A DNA stretch of 64,000 nucleotides from Chitinophagales bacterium (GTDB taxonomy: Bacteria; Bacteroidota; Bacteroidia; Chitinophagales; Chitinophagaceae), in the NCBI GenBank assembly GCA_038257845.1, contig JBBSQL010000011.1, forward strand, positions 9,152-73,151. The letters are read 5' to 3'. Each line of letters begins with the position of its first letter. The stretch's first letter is position 1. The notes beneath the pieces were generated by a model, which was given only the letters and a program-made list of their open reading frames with translations, made no database searches and was not told the DNA's origin. A program made the position numbers and the translations under genes. Shown here one piece after another: positions 16,939-26,045 of the stretch.

Positions 16939-18892
16939 AAAAGCAGTGAGTCTGCGTTCACCTTCTGCAAAAAAATATACAAAGTTTTACAAACCCATGC
17001 TGGCAACACTTGTAGATAAAGCATTTAATGATGCGGAATGGATCTATGAAATTAAATGGGATGGTTATCGCGCAATTACAGACTGGCAGGATGATAGGCT
17101 TAAATTATATTCACGCAACGGTTTATCATTTTCTGATAAATTTCCACAAATTGCAGAAGCACTAACATCATTAAAACATGATGCTGTATTGGATGGAGAA
17201 ATTGTTTTAATGGATAAAGAGAACAGGCCGAGTTTTCAAAAGTTGCAGCATTATGAAGAGAATAAAGAGCTGCCACTATTATATTATGTTTTCGATCTTT
17301 TATTTTTAGATAAAAAAGATATTCGCCATTTACCATTGCTCGAAAGAAAAGAATTATTAAAAAAATTATTAGAAAAAAATAATCATGGCATCATCCGTTA
17401 TTGTGACCACATAGAAGAAAAGGGTATTGCATTTTTTGCATCAGCAAAAAATGCGAACCTCGAAGGTATTATGGCAAAAAAAGCAGATAGCAATTATACT
17501 TGTAATACGCGGAGTAAAGAATGGCTGAAAATAAAAAACATCAACAGCAGGGAAGGAATCATCGTTGGGTATACAAAACCTCGAAACAGCCGGAAATACT
17601 TTGGTGCATTGGTTTTGGCACAATATGAAAATAATGAATTAATTTACATGGGCCACACAGGAACAGGCTTTGATGAAAAAACTTTAAAGGAATTATGGGA
17701 AAAAATGCAACCGCTTATTACCCAAAAATCTCCATTTAAAGAAAAAGTAAAAGTGAATATGCCGGTGACATGGATCAAACCCAAACTGGTATGTGAACTG
17801 AATTATACAGAAATGACAGAAGATGGGTTAATGCGCCACCCGGTATTCCTGGGTTTACGCTTTGATAAAAGTAAAAGTGAAGTAAACAAATCAATCGAAA
17901 TGCCTGCTCACATAAAAAAAGGAAAAAATATTATGGTGGAAAAAAAGAAAGCAAATATCAAAGCCCCGGTTGAAAAACCTGGTGCTGATGATAAAAAAGT
18001 GAAAGTGAATAATCATACACTATCACTAACAAATTTGAATAAAGTTTACTGGCCAAAGGAAAAATTCACGAAAGGTGATTTGATCAATTACTATGAAAAG
18101 ATTTCACCGTATATTTTACCTTATCTCAAAGGCAGGCCATTGTCATTGAAAAGAAATCCAAATGGAATTTTGGATGATGGATTTTTTCAAAAAGATTTTG
18201 GCGCGCAGGCCCCGGCATGGATTCCAAAAGCGAAAGTGGAATCTGACTCGAATAAAAAAATCATTGAATACATAATGTGTGAAAATAAAGCCGCATTAAT
18301 GTACATAGCGAATCTTGGTTGCATTGAAATTAATCCCTGGAATTCATTATACAAAAAAATGGATTTTCCAACATACATGATCATTGATATTGATCCATCA
18401 GATAAAAATAGTTTTGATGAAGTGATCGAAACCGCGCTTGCTGCGAAAGACTTGCTGGATGCGGCTGGAGCTGAATGCTATTGCAAAACTTCCGGTGCTA
18501 CAGGCCTGCATGTGTATGTGCCGATGGGTGGAAAATATGATTATGAGCAGGTGAAAAATTTTGGCCATTTAGTCGCGCATTTAATTTCGTTACGCGTTCC
18601 AAAATTCACCAGCCTGGAAAGGTCTTTATCAAAACGCGGTAAAAATATTTACGTGGACTTTTTACAAAACCGTCGCGGGCAAACACTTGCTTCCACGTAC
18701 AGTGTGCGGCCGCGCCCGGGCGCAACTGTTTCCACGCCACTGGAATGGAAAGAAGTGAAAAAAGGTTTACTTCCATCGCAATTCACCATTAAAAATATTT
18801 TTGACAGGTTAGAAAAGAAAGGCGATTTATTTACACCAGTTTTAAAGAAAGGAATTAATTTAAAAACATGCCTGGCAAAACTGGAAGCATGA
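16901..18892 (+). CDS. ligD: LigD ATP-dependent ligase plus polymerase/primase domains (start uncertain; probably one gene with 16348-16938)
   Basis: Ligase motif I is EIKWDGYR. The C-terminal half is the LigD polymerase domain (MIIDIDPSD, GLHVYVP). The only candidate starts are TTG at 16901 and the ATG giving MLATLV at 16997. Confidence 0.9.
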   Translation: MAKKKKKENVTLKKAVSLRSPSAKKYTKFYKPMLATLVDKAFNDAEWIYEIKWDGYRAITDWQDDRLKLYSRNGLSFSDKFPQIAEALTSLKHDAVLDGEIVLMDKENRPSFQKLQHYEENKELPLLYYVFDLLFLDKKDIRHLPLLERKELLKKLLEKNNHGIIRYCDHIEEKGIAFFASAKNANLEGIMAKKADSNYTCNTRSKEWLKIKNINSREGIIVGYTKPRNSRKYFGALVLAQYENNELIYMGHTGTGFDEKTLKELWEKMQPLITQKSPFKEKVKVNMPVTWIKPKLVCELNYTEMTEDGLMRHPVFLGLRFDKSKSEVNKSIEMPAHIKKGKNIMVEKKKANIKAPVEKPGADDKKVKVNNHTLSLTNLNKVYWPKEKFTKGDLINYYEKISPYILPYLKGRPLSLKRNPNGILDDGFFQKDFGAQAPAWIPKAKVESDSNKKIIEYIMCENKAALMYIANLGCIEINPWNSLYKKMDFPTYMIIDIDPSDKNSFDEVIETALAAKDLLDAAGAECYCKTSGATGLHVYVPMGGKYDYEQVKNFGHLVAHLISLRVPKFTSLERSLSKRGKNIYVDFLQNRRGQTLASTYSVRPRPGATVSTPLEWKEVKKGLLPSQFTIKNIFDRLEKKGDLFTPVLKKGINLKTCLAKLEA

Positions 18893-18908
18893 TAATTTTT
18901 TAGCAAAA

Positions 18909-19988
18909 TTATTTTTTCAGAATTTTCATTAGTACTTGTTCTTCAGCGGTGAGGCCGGACCGATCATCATCTTTTTCTATTTTATCCAATTCCTTTAAAT
19001 ACTTCACCAGCTTTTCTTCTTCATATAATTGGATGAGCCCTGGATGCACATAAAACTTTTTACAAACTGTACGCGTATTACCTAATTTTTTACTAACTAT
19101 ATCCAGCACTTCAACGATATTTTTTTTCTTTTCTGCTTCCGTTACCGCATCACCGATAGAACGAAAGGCATGCAGCGCGTGCAGTGTGCCGGCCCATGTC
19201 CTAAAATCTTTTGCAGTAAAATCATGGCCTGTTTTATCTTTGATATATTGATTGACAGCACCGGAATCAATTGATTTTCTGTTGCCTTCTTCATCATAAT
19301 ACTGAAACAATTCTCTTCCGGGAATATCCCTGCAATCCTTGACTATTTTCGCAATTTTTTTATTTTGCAGGCTGATGGAATGATATACTCCTTTCTTTCC
19401 TTTGAATGAAAATGTAACTGTATTTTTTTCAATTTTTGCATGCCTGTCTTTCAATGTAGTAAGCCCATACGATCCATTTGACTTTTCATATTCAATGTTA
19501 CCGATACGGATATATGTTCTTTCCATCAGGCTCAAAATTGTTGCAAGCACTTTTTCTTTATTCAAATTCTTCGTGGAAATATCTTTCTCCATGGCAAGCC
19601 GGAGTGCTGGTAATGCTGTACCAAATTCATATAAGCGATGATATTTTGTTTGATTCCGCAAAACATGCCATAAGCTATGATACCTGTACTGCTTGCGTTT
19701 GCGGAGATCGAGGCCGGTTGCCTGGAGATGGCCATTTTCAGCAGGACAAATCCATACATTTTCCCAGGAAGGTGGAATAGCTAATTTTTGAATTCGGCCA
19801 AGTTTATCCTTATCCCTGATGACTTTTTCATCAAAAACATACATATACGCAGTCTTTTTTTTGATCCGGTTAATACCGGGCTCTGTATCGTGTACATATA
19901 CCAGGTTGACAAGATTGGCTGCTTTTTCATAATCCTTATCAATCTTTAAAAGTTTTTTATGTGTTATGCGTGGAATGAGTTCATTCAT
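18909..19988 (-). CDS. Type IB DNA topoisomerase (poxvirus/eukaryote-like bacterial TopIB)
   Basis: IPPSWENVWI, RIGNIEYEKSNGSYGLTTLKDRH, FSFKGKKG, TAKDFRTWAGT and CKKFYVHP (catalytic Tyr context) are present. Confidence 0.9.
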   Translation of the reverse strand: MNELIPRITHKKLLKIDKDYEKAANLVNLVYVHDTEPGINRIKKKTAYMYVFDEKVIRDKDKLGRIQKLAIPPSWENVWICPAENGHLQATGLDLRKRKQYRYHSLWHVLRNQTKYHRLYEFGTALPALRLAMEKDISTKNLNKEKVLATILSLMERTYIRIGNIEYEKSNGSYGLTTLKDRHAKIEKNTVTFSFKGKKGVYHSISLQNKKIAKIVKDCRDIPGRELFQYYDEEGNRKSIDSGAVNQYIKDKTGHDFTAKDFRTWAGTLHALHAFRSIGDAVTEAEKKKNIVEVLDIVSKKLGNTRTVCKKFYVHPGLIQLYEEEKLVKYLKELDKIEKDDDRSGLTAEEQVLMKILKK

Positions 19989-20013
19989 GGTAATAAATGA
20001 TTTAAATCTTATT

Positions 20014-20046
20014 CAAAAAAAGATGCTCTGAATATGGAGCATTTTC
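20014..20046 (-). terminator. Rho-independent terminator after the DUF6496 gene
   Basis: On the minus strand the stem atgctc/gagcat is followed by T7. Confidence 0.7.
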
Positions 20047-20069
20047 CCATGATTGCTTTGGCCATCAAT

Positions 20070-20258
20070 TTATTTTTTGCTATTGGAACTTTTCTTTGGG
20101 ACTTTTGCGTCTTCATTCCTGGCTTCTGATAAGCCGATCGCAATTGCCTGTTTTTTACTGGTAACTTTTTTTCCACTTCCTGTTTTCAATTTCCCCTCTT
20201 TCATTTCTTCTATATTATTTTTTACTTTTTCATGGCTCTTCTCTGAATATTTTGCCAT
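20070..20258 (-). CDS. DUF6496-family small basic protein
   Basis: EMKEGKLKTGSGKKVTSKKQAIAIGLSEAR is the family core as recalled. Confidence 0.7.
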   Translation of the reverse strand: MAKYSEKSHEKVKNNIEEMKEGKLKTGSGKKVTSKKQAIAIGLSEARNEDAKVPKKSSNSKK

Positions 20259-20299
20259 AAAAATTATTTGAATGAAAAATAATATTGAGAAAGAAATAA

Positions 20300-20315
20300 A
20301 ACAAATTCTTTGCCA
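20300..20315 (-). promoter_or_regulatory. Stress-box TGGCAA-AGAAT-TTGTT
   Basis: It starts 57 nt upstream of the ATG at 20258. Confidence 0.45.
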
Positions 20316-20364
20316 ATAATGCTTTTGAAGATTTTTACGGGTAATGGTTTTATACCGCGGGTTT

Positions 20365-21825
20365 TTAAAAGGATATAATAAACAATGTCCCTTTATGAGG
20401 TGAAGATTTTACTTCAATAAAGCCTTTATGTGATTGAATGATATTCAACGCAGAAGCAAGCCCAAGGCCCATTCCATTACGTTTAGTTGTAAAATATGGT
20501 TCAAATAATTTAATAATGTTTTCATCTGAGATGCCGCAACCATTATCCTGGAAATGAATGATGTATTTGCCATCTTCTGCAAACAATTTTATGCTGAGCA
20601 GCCCGCTGTTTTCCGGCATCGCTTCCACCGCGTTTATAATGATATTTAAAAAAGCAATTTGTAATTTTTCCGGATCTCCATTCAGCCATGCATCTTCCTG
20701 CAAATAACTTTTTTTAAGTTGTATATTTTTTAATTTAATGCGGTCCATTGCATTGGCAATGGTTGATTCCAATACAGATTGCAGTGTTATTTTTTGTTGT
20801 ACAATATCAGTGGGTTTAGATGAATTCAGCAATTCGGAGATTAGGCTATTGATACGGTTACTGTTTCGTTTGATGATATCGAGAAATGATCCGGTATCTT
20901 CATTATCTATTTCTGATACAAGTTGCTCAACAGACAAATTAATATTGTTTAAAGGATTACGTACTTCATGTGCGAGCGTACGTATGAGTCGTTCGGCAGC
21001 TTTTAATTTCTCTGCCTGTAATGTTGCTTTTTCAGCATTTTTTAAAGAGGTAATATCATGCATGATACCCTGGATATAGGTTTCTTCCTGGTCATCCTTT
21101 TCGATGGTCATTGATAAAATACAGTTGATCTTTTCTTTATCCTTTCTACAAAGAATAGTTTCCATATCAGAAACTACTTTCTTCGTTTCAAGCAATTCGC
21201 GGATTTTAGTTTTTTCATCTTCATTAAGAATCAAATCATATAAACTGAGTTGCAAAAATTCTTCTTTTGAATAACCAAAAATTGTACTGGTAGCTTCGTT
21301 CACATCTTTGAAACGTACTTCATTGTCTGCAATAAATACACTGTCTTTGGAGCGTTCAAAAATGTTTCTGAATTTTTGTTCATTTACTTTTAACGCTTTT
21401 ATAAATTCAAAACGGCCGAGTGCATACCGGATACAACGTTCCAACTTTTCAGGTGTCATGTCAGATTTCACGAGGTAATCAACCGCGCCTGCTTCCATGG
21501 CAAGAATATCTATTTCCTGTGTACCAACGCCGGTTAGTAAAACCATAGGTTCTTCGCATCCATTACCGATGGCTTCGCTGATGAGATCCAGGCCCGTTTT
21601 TTCGCCGAGGCGAAAATCAACTAAATAAACATCGTGTGTTGCTTTACATATTTCATCCAGGGCATGCTTGTAATTGGAGCTCCATGAAACGCTGCAGGTA
21701 AAACCATTGGCCATATTATTGATCTGGCTACAGGTCAAAATATAATCGTCTTCATCATCATCAATCACGAGAATATTTATATCTTTTTTCAGTGCCACTT
21801 TACTGAATGTTTTAAATGTATTCAC
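20365..21825 (-). CDS. Hybrid sensor with N-terminal receiver, PAS and histidine kinase domains
   Basis: REC (ILVIDDDEDD...DVYLVDFRLG), PAS (FIADNEVRFKDVNEA), H-box (LAHEVRNPLNNI) and HATPase (GMGLGLA) are present. A GTG start overlaps the upstream stop (GTGA). Confidence 0.85.
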   Translation of the reverse strand: MNTFKTFSKVALKKDINILVIDDDEDDYILTCSQINNMANGFTCSVSWSSNYKHALDEICKATHDVYLVDFRLGEKTGLDLISEAIGNGCEEPMVLLTGVGTQEIDILAMEAGAVDYLVKSDMTPEKLERCIRYALGRFEFIKALKVNEQKFRNIFERSKDSVFIADNEVRFKDVNEATSTIFGYSKEEFLQLSLYDLILNEDEKTKIRELLETKKVVSDMETILCRKDKEKINCILSMTIEKDDQEETYIQGIMHDITSLKNAEKATLQAEKLKAAERLIRTLAHEVRNPLNNINLSVEQLVSEIDNEDTGSFLDIIKRNSNRINSLISELLNSSKPTDIVQQKITLQSVLESTIANAMDRIKLKNIQLKKSYLQEDAWLNGDPEKLQIAFLNIIINAVEAMPENSGLLSIKLFAEDGKYIIHFQDNGCGISDENIIKLFEPYFTTKRNGMGLGLASALNIIQSHKGFIEVKSSPHKGTLFIISF

Positions 21826-22148
21826 TTGTTTTTTCTAATGTATTTATTACTGTCTGTATCTTCTGCTACTTTTTCTGTAGCAGCAAATGCTCCGGCAGAA
21901 CCATCTGATAGAAGTTCATCTGTTCCTGCATTTTTCCTGGCACCATACGTTTTATTTTCCGGGTTTGGCTCTGAATTATTCAATTCCATCCCGGCATCTT
22001 TTTCATCTTTTTTATTTGCCGGTTTTATGATCTCTTTTTTTGCCGGCAGATTTGGATAGCCGGGAAAATCCTGGTCAATCTTTCCATCATTGGACTTTTG
22101 CACTTCCTTCTCATCCGTGATCGGTATATTATTTTTTTGCTCCATCAT
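21822..22148 (-). CDS. Small low-complexity (likely disordered) protein with a DFPGYP motif
   Basis: The ATG start gives MMEQKNN. Rich in K/E/D/N/P with DQDFPGYPNLPAKKE and GSAGAFAATE motifs. Its stop overlaps the start of the hybrid kinase. Confidence 0.55.
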   Translation of the reverse strand: MMEQKNNIPITDEKEVQKSNDGKIDQDFPGYPNLPAKKEIIKPANKKDEKDAGMELNNSEPNPENKTYGARKNAGTDELLSDGSAGAFAATEKVAEDTDSNKYIRKNK

Positions 22149-22207
22149 AAAGTTTTTTGCTGTAGAAAAATATGGGCATCCTGTGTAAATTTTTCCCAAT
22201 ATACACT

Positions 22208-22245
22208 AAAAAAAGGTACACTTCTAATTTCATGTACCTTTTTCT
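22208..22245 (-). terminator. Rho-independent terminator after the DUF4142 gene
   Basis: The stem ggtaca/tgtacc is flanked by A7 and T5. Confidence 0.7.
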
Positions 22246-22263
22246 AATGGTGATAATTGCCAA

Positions 22264-22860
22264 TTATTTCATCATGTCTTTTATTGACTTTGCTTTATCC
22301 AGGTGTTGTTGAAGTGTGGGCAAAGTGATCATAGCAAAACTTTTCAAATCACTATCCTTACCATTGTCACCTTCCTTTTTAAATAAACTTATTGCATCAT
22401 TATGATCGTCCACCATCATTTTAATATACGCTTTATCAAAATCATTCCCGGTTTTCTTTGCCAGGTCATTCACTGCATTCTGAGATTTATCACTCATGGC
22501 AGGTGGTAATGCAATATTCTTATTTGCTGCGAAAGCTTTTAATTTATCATTCGCTGCGGTATGGTCTTTAATGATCATCGCTGCATAGTCCTTCACTTTC
22601 TGACTGGACGCATTTTTATCAGCAAGCTGGCTTGCTGCAATTTCAGTCATGCCACCATTCGCAGCTTCTACCGCAAAGTCTGCATCGTCTTTATCTACCA
22701 TCATTGTGTTCATAGTAGTACTATCATTGGCTACTTTTGCCATACTATCATTCACATCCTTTGTACTGTCCACGGTATCTTCACCGGAAGTACCGCTGTT
22801 GCAGGATTGGATCGTATAAATTCCCAACAACATACTGAAAGCCAAAATTATCTTTTTCAT
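22264..22860 (-). CDS. DUF4142 lipoprotein
   Basis: Lipobox (IQSC). DADFAVEAANGGMTEIAASQLA...KDHTAANDKLKAFAA...MVDDHNDAISLF matches the DUF4142 pattern. Confidence 0.8.
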   Translation of the reverse strand: MKKIILAFSMLLGIYTIQSCNSGTSGEDTVDSTKDVNDSMAKVANDSTTMNTMMVDKDDADFAVEAANGGMTEIAASQLADKNASSQKVKDYAAMIIKDHTAANDKLKAFAANKNIALPPAMSDKSQNAVNDLAKKTGNDFDKAYIKMMVDDHNDAISLFKKEGDNGKDSDLKSFAMITLPTLQQHLDKAKSIKDMMK

Positions 22861-22903
22861 AAATAATTGATTTAATTTAAAATGATTAATTGATCATGAT
22901 CAA

Positions 22904-22919
22904 AACAAAGAATAAGCCA
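22904..22919 (-). promoter_or_regulatory. Stress-box TGGCTT-ATTCT-TTGTT
   Basis: It starts 59 nt upstream of the ATG at 22860. Confidence 0.4.
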
Positions 22920-23140
22920 ATTCTGCATATTCAATTCAATCATATTATACAGTACAAGAATGTGCTGTTTCTGTGCAGAAAGATTTATTGACAGCATTTT
23001 TCCCCACTTGTAGATTTGATTACCCGATTTATAAATAAAAATTCACAAAATAAAATCTTCAATACATAAAAAACTTTTGGCAGGAAATTTTCTTTGTTGT
23101 GAACTGTAAGCACATTTATTCATCAAAAACTTATTTTTTT

Positions 23141-23287
23141 ATGAGAAGTATCTTGTATATCATCGCTGTAGTCCTTGTGATTGGTTGGCTTTTAGGCTTT
23201 TTTGTATATGGTAGCACTGGCCTGATACATATTTTAATTGTATTGGCTATAATATCACTTATACTTGGACTGATACAAAAATCCTGA
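23141..23287 (+). CDS. lmo0937-family small membrane protein
   Basis: MRSILYIIAVVLVIGWLLGFFVY...IHILIVLAIISLILGLI has two TM helices and the typical family layout. The ATG is internal to the track ORF. Confidence 0.7.
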   Translation: MRSILYIIAVVLVIGWLLGFFVYGSTGLIHILIVLAIISLILGLIQKS

Positions 23288-23304
23288 GCATAACACCGGA
23301 TTTT

Positions 23305-23332
23305 AAAAAACTGCCGACTGGCAGTTTTTTTT
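23305..23332 (+). terminator. Rho-independent terminator
   Basis: The stem ctgcc/ggcag is followed by T8. Confidence 0.7.
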
Positions 23333-23394
23333 GTTTGACACAAAACCTTCTTTCAATTTTTTTCGAATATATATCATCAATATATTTTTCAATT

Positions 23395-23410
23395 TGGTAT
23401 AAGAATTGAA
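23395..23410 (+). promoter_or_regulatory. Stress-box TGGTAT-AAGAA-TTGAA
   Basis: It starts 40 nt upstream of the ATG at 23435. Confidence 0.45.
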
Positions 23411-23434
23411 AATATTATTTTCAAACAACTTGTT

Positions 23435-23932
23435 ATGGAAAAAAATTTAAACAACGACCTGGTTTTTCTAAATGAAAAAATTCATGAAATCGGCAGTGCT
23501 TTATTTTTTCCGGACAATAGGAACCACTTTCGATACCCTGCTTCCATTATAAATATTGCACGTATAGATGCAGCAGGTAATCTTTGGTTCTATGTTTACC
23601 AGCCCTGGACAAGTGAAGAAGCATTGCAAAATGGTTTCCCTGTAACAATGGATTTTTTCAGAAAAGGAAAAGACTTTTCAATCAAAGTGCAGGGCTCAGC
23701 TACTATTCACCAGGAACTGGACAAATCACTGGAAGTGCCACAATGGATGTCTTCGATTCAATCAAAGGATTATTTATTGGTATGCGTAAAAATGTGTTCC
23801 GCAGAATATTTTGATTACAATCAACAATCAACTATAAGTCTTTTTCAAAAACTGAAAGTTTCATGGCAGAATTGGATGTATTCACTGAAACCTCATTATA
23901 AGTATTTCAATTTAATACCAATAACCAGGTAA
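23435..23932 (+). CDS. Hypothetical protein, possibly with a PNPOx/GSP26-like fold
   Basis: Weak resemblance to the 12735 product (IHEIGSALFF..., AAGNLWFYV). The ORF has its own box and a tidy end. Confidence 0.4.
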   Translation: MEKNLNNDLVFLNEKIHEIGSALFFPDNRNHFRYPASIINIARIDAAGNLWFYVYQPWTSEEALQNGFPVTMDFFRKGKDFSIKVQGSATIHQELDKSLEVPQWMSSIQSKDYLLVCVKMCSAEYFDYNQQSTISLFQKLKVSWQNWMYSLKPHYKYFNLIPITR

Positions 23933-23947
23933 ATGAGGAATTGAATT

Positions 23948-25636
23948 TTATTTGACTGTTTGCTTAAATCCATCCAGCAGCGTTTTCCAGATAAGATTAA
24001 AAAAAGATTTATGAATATCGCGCTCTGACGAAGCAGTCACCGTACGCACATTACCATCATTTCCCGGATTTGATTTATGAATAATAAATGTATTGGCAAT
24101 AAATGACAAAAATCCTTTTTTCGATTGTTCACCATTATCATTGCCTTTTTTAAGAATTATAATATGCAGGTCATTGTATAAAAATTTTAATTGACCGGAA
24201 CAAATTTTGTCATCTCCCTTAAAATCAAAAGAAAGGCTTTTCACAGTTCCGTCATCTATTTTAAATAAACCCAAGGGTTCGGTTACAGGATCTAATTTTT
24301 TTGCATCCATCGCACCCATATCACCACTTACTGAAAATGCACCCGTACTTGCTTCATTCAGGTTAAATAAAAATTGTGCATTTATTTTCGCGGCATTCAT
24401 CAAATCACTACTGGCTTTTATTTTCATAATTGGACTGGCAGCAGTTTTGGGATTATTATTGATATTTGAAATAAACCCATTGATATTATTAAAAATCATT
24501 TTTCCCTGAAGTTTGGAATCAGGATTATTTTCTTCATAAGCCAGGTCAAGATTGCTGATAATGATAGAATCCAGTGAAACTGGTAAGTCTAATTTCATCA
24601 GCATTTGTTGCGGATAATTTCCGACTTTTGATTTTGGAAATGGCGGCAGATTCCTGTCTGCATAAATTGCAAGCTTTCCATTTTGTAAGATCATATTTTT
24701 GGCAGAGAATCCTTCATTAGATACAAAGGCCCACCAATCTATATCATGTAAAGAAACGTGTTCAAAGCTTGCGGTATAACGCTCTTTGAGATATGGCATT
24801 TTTGAAACAAACGCATCTTTACCATCCCTGGGTGCGAAAGCAATGGTATCAATATTCACAGTTTTGTTGGCAGCATTGATATATATAGAATCCATACTGA
24901 TTATATACAAACTATCAGATGTAGGAAATTTGAATTTCCCCAAAGTGATGGCTGCATTTTTTGCATACATAAAACGCGTGGAATCAAATTGCGTGAGCGA
25001 ATCAATCAACAGATCTTCAAACTGCATATTTACTTTGTCAAACCGTCTTGTGCTTTCTTTATCACTACTGATAAAATTATGATGTATTACTTCCATATTT
25101 TTAATGGCCAGTTTTTGCAGGGAAAAACGATTTAATAATGTGGAAATACGTTGGTAAACCGTTTGTATGCTGGCGGTATCTTTTATGGTTTTCAGTGAAT
25201 CATTTTTTTCATGATAAATTTCCAGCGTAGGATTATTGAGATAAATAATTTTCAAATCAATTTTTTTATTGGAAAGAAAATCTTTAAAATCCAGTCCGTC
25301 TATCGCCAGCGTGGTCAAAGAAAAATCAAAAATATCGACAGGTTTCAGATGCATTGAATCCAAATGCAAAAGCCGTGTGGAATCAGGGAATATGCGCACA
25401 TTTTTCAATATTACCGTACCGCCATAGATATCAGACTTTAATGAATCATAAGTTAATTGATATAAACCATCAGAACCATTTGAAACTATTTCCTGTAATT
25501 TTTCTTTAATGAGTGGATTAAAATCCTGCAGATTCCTGGCTTTAAAATAGAACAAACCTGCGACAATAAGGATTGCCAGGCCCGCAAAAAAAATGATCCA
25601 CTTTTTATGTACTTTAAATTTTTTTGATGTATTCAT
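23948..25636 (-). CDS. Membrane-anchored hypothetical protein (562 aa)
   Basis: N-terminal TM helix (WIIFFAGLAILIVAGLFYF) followed by a large beta-rich soluble part. The family is not recognised; an AsmA-like assignment is only a guess. Confidence 0.55.
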   Translation of the reverse strand: MNTSKKFKVHKKWIIFFAGLAILIVAGLFYFKARNLQDFNPLIKEKLQEIVSNGSDGLYQLTYDSLKSDIYGGTVILKNVRIFPDSTRLLHLDSMHLKPVDIFDFSLTTLAIDGLDFKDFLSNKKIDLKIIYLNNPTLEIYHEKNDSLKTIKDTASIQTVYQRISTLLNRFSLQKLAIKNMEVIHHNFISSDKESTRRFDKVNMQFEDLLIDSLTQFDSTRFMYAKNAAITLGKFKFPTSDSLYIISMDSIYINAANKTVNIDTIAFAPRDGKDAFVSKMPYLKERYTASFEHVSLHDIDWWAFVSNEGFSAKNMILQNGKLAIYADRNLPPFPKSKVGNYPQQMLMKLDLPVSLDSIIISNLDLAYEENNPDSKLQGKMIFNNINGFISNINNNPKTAASPIMKIKASSDLMNAAKINAQFLFNLNEASTGAFSVSGDMGAMDAKKLDPVTEPLGLFKIDDGTVKSLSFDFKGDDKICSGQLKFLYNDLHIIILKKGNDNGEQSKKGFLSFIANTFIIHKSNPGNDGNVRTVTASSERDIHKSFFNLIWKTLLDGFKQTVK

Positions 25637-25742
25637 ATATTTTAATTGCTATGCTGAAAATATTATCGCGGGAAGATTGCAATCCGTTTTCAAACCTAAA
25701 CTATTTAATTAGTAAGTAAACAGATTCTTACTTATTTTATGC

Positions 25743-25758
25743 TGGCATTATTTATGCC
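25743..25758 (+). promoter_or_regulatory. Stress-box TGGCAT-TATTT-ATGCC (GG-N10-GC)
   Basis: It starts 49 nt upstream of the ATG at 25792. Confidence 0.4.
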
Positions 25759-25791
25759 CCATTTTCGAATCATATAAAATAAAAAATCATT

Positions 25792-25977
25792 ATGGACAAC
25801 AATGTAATACACACCGGCTCTATGAATACCGGTACAGAAAATTCACCAGGTAATTCCCATGAAATCATTTTGCAAAGACTGGAAGAAATCAATAACCGGT
25901 TAAAGAAAATTGAAGAACATTTATTCGTGCCGCTGATCAATGATGATGAGGATAAAAAAGATGCTGTTAAACCTTAG
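25792..25977 (+). CDS. Small hypothetical protein (61 aa, coiled-coil-like core)
   Basis: The ORF lies between an upstream box and a strong downstream terminator. No family recognised. Confidence 0.45.
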   Translation: MDNNVIHTGSMNTGTENSPGNSHEIILQRLEEINNRLKKIEEHLFVPLINDDEDKKDAVKP

Positions 25978-25991
25978 TTTGTTTTCATGAT

Positions 25992-26035
25992 AAAAAAAGT
26001 AGCCGTGTAATATAATTCCACGGCTGCTTTTTTTT
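25992..26035. terminator. Bidirectional terminator between convergent genes
   Basis: The stem agccgtg/cacggct is flanked by A7 and T8. Confidence 0.75.
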
Positions 26036-26045
26036 AAACAATTTT

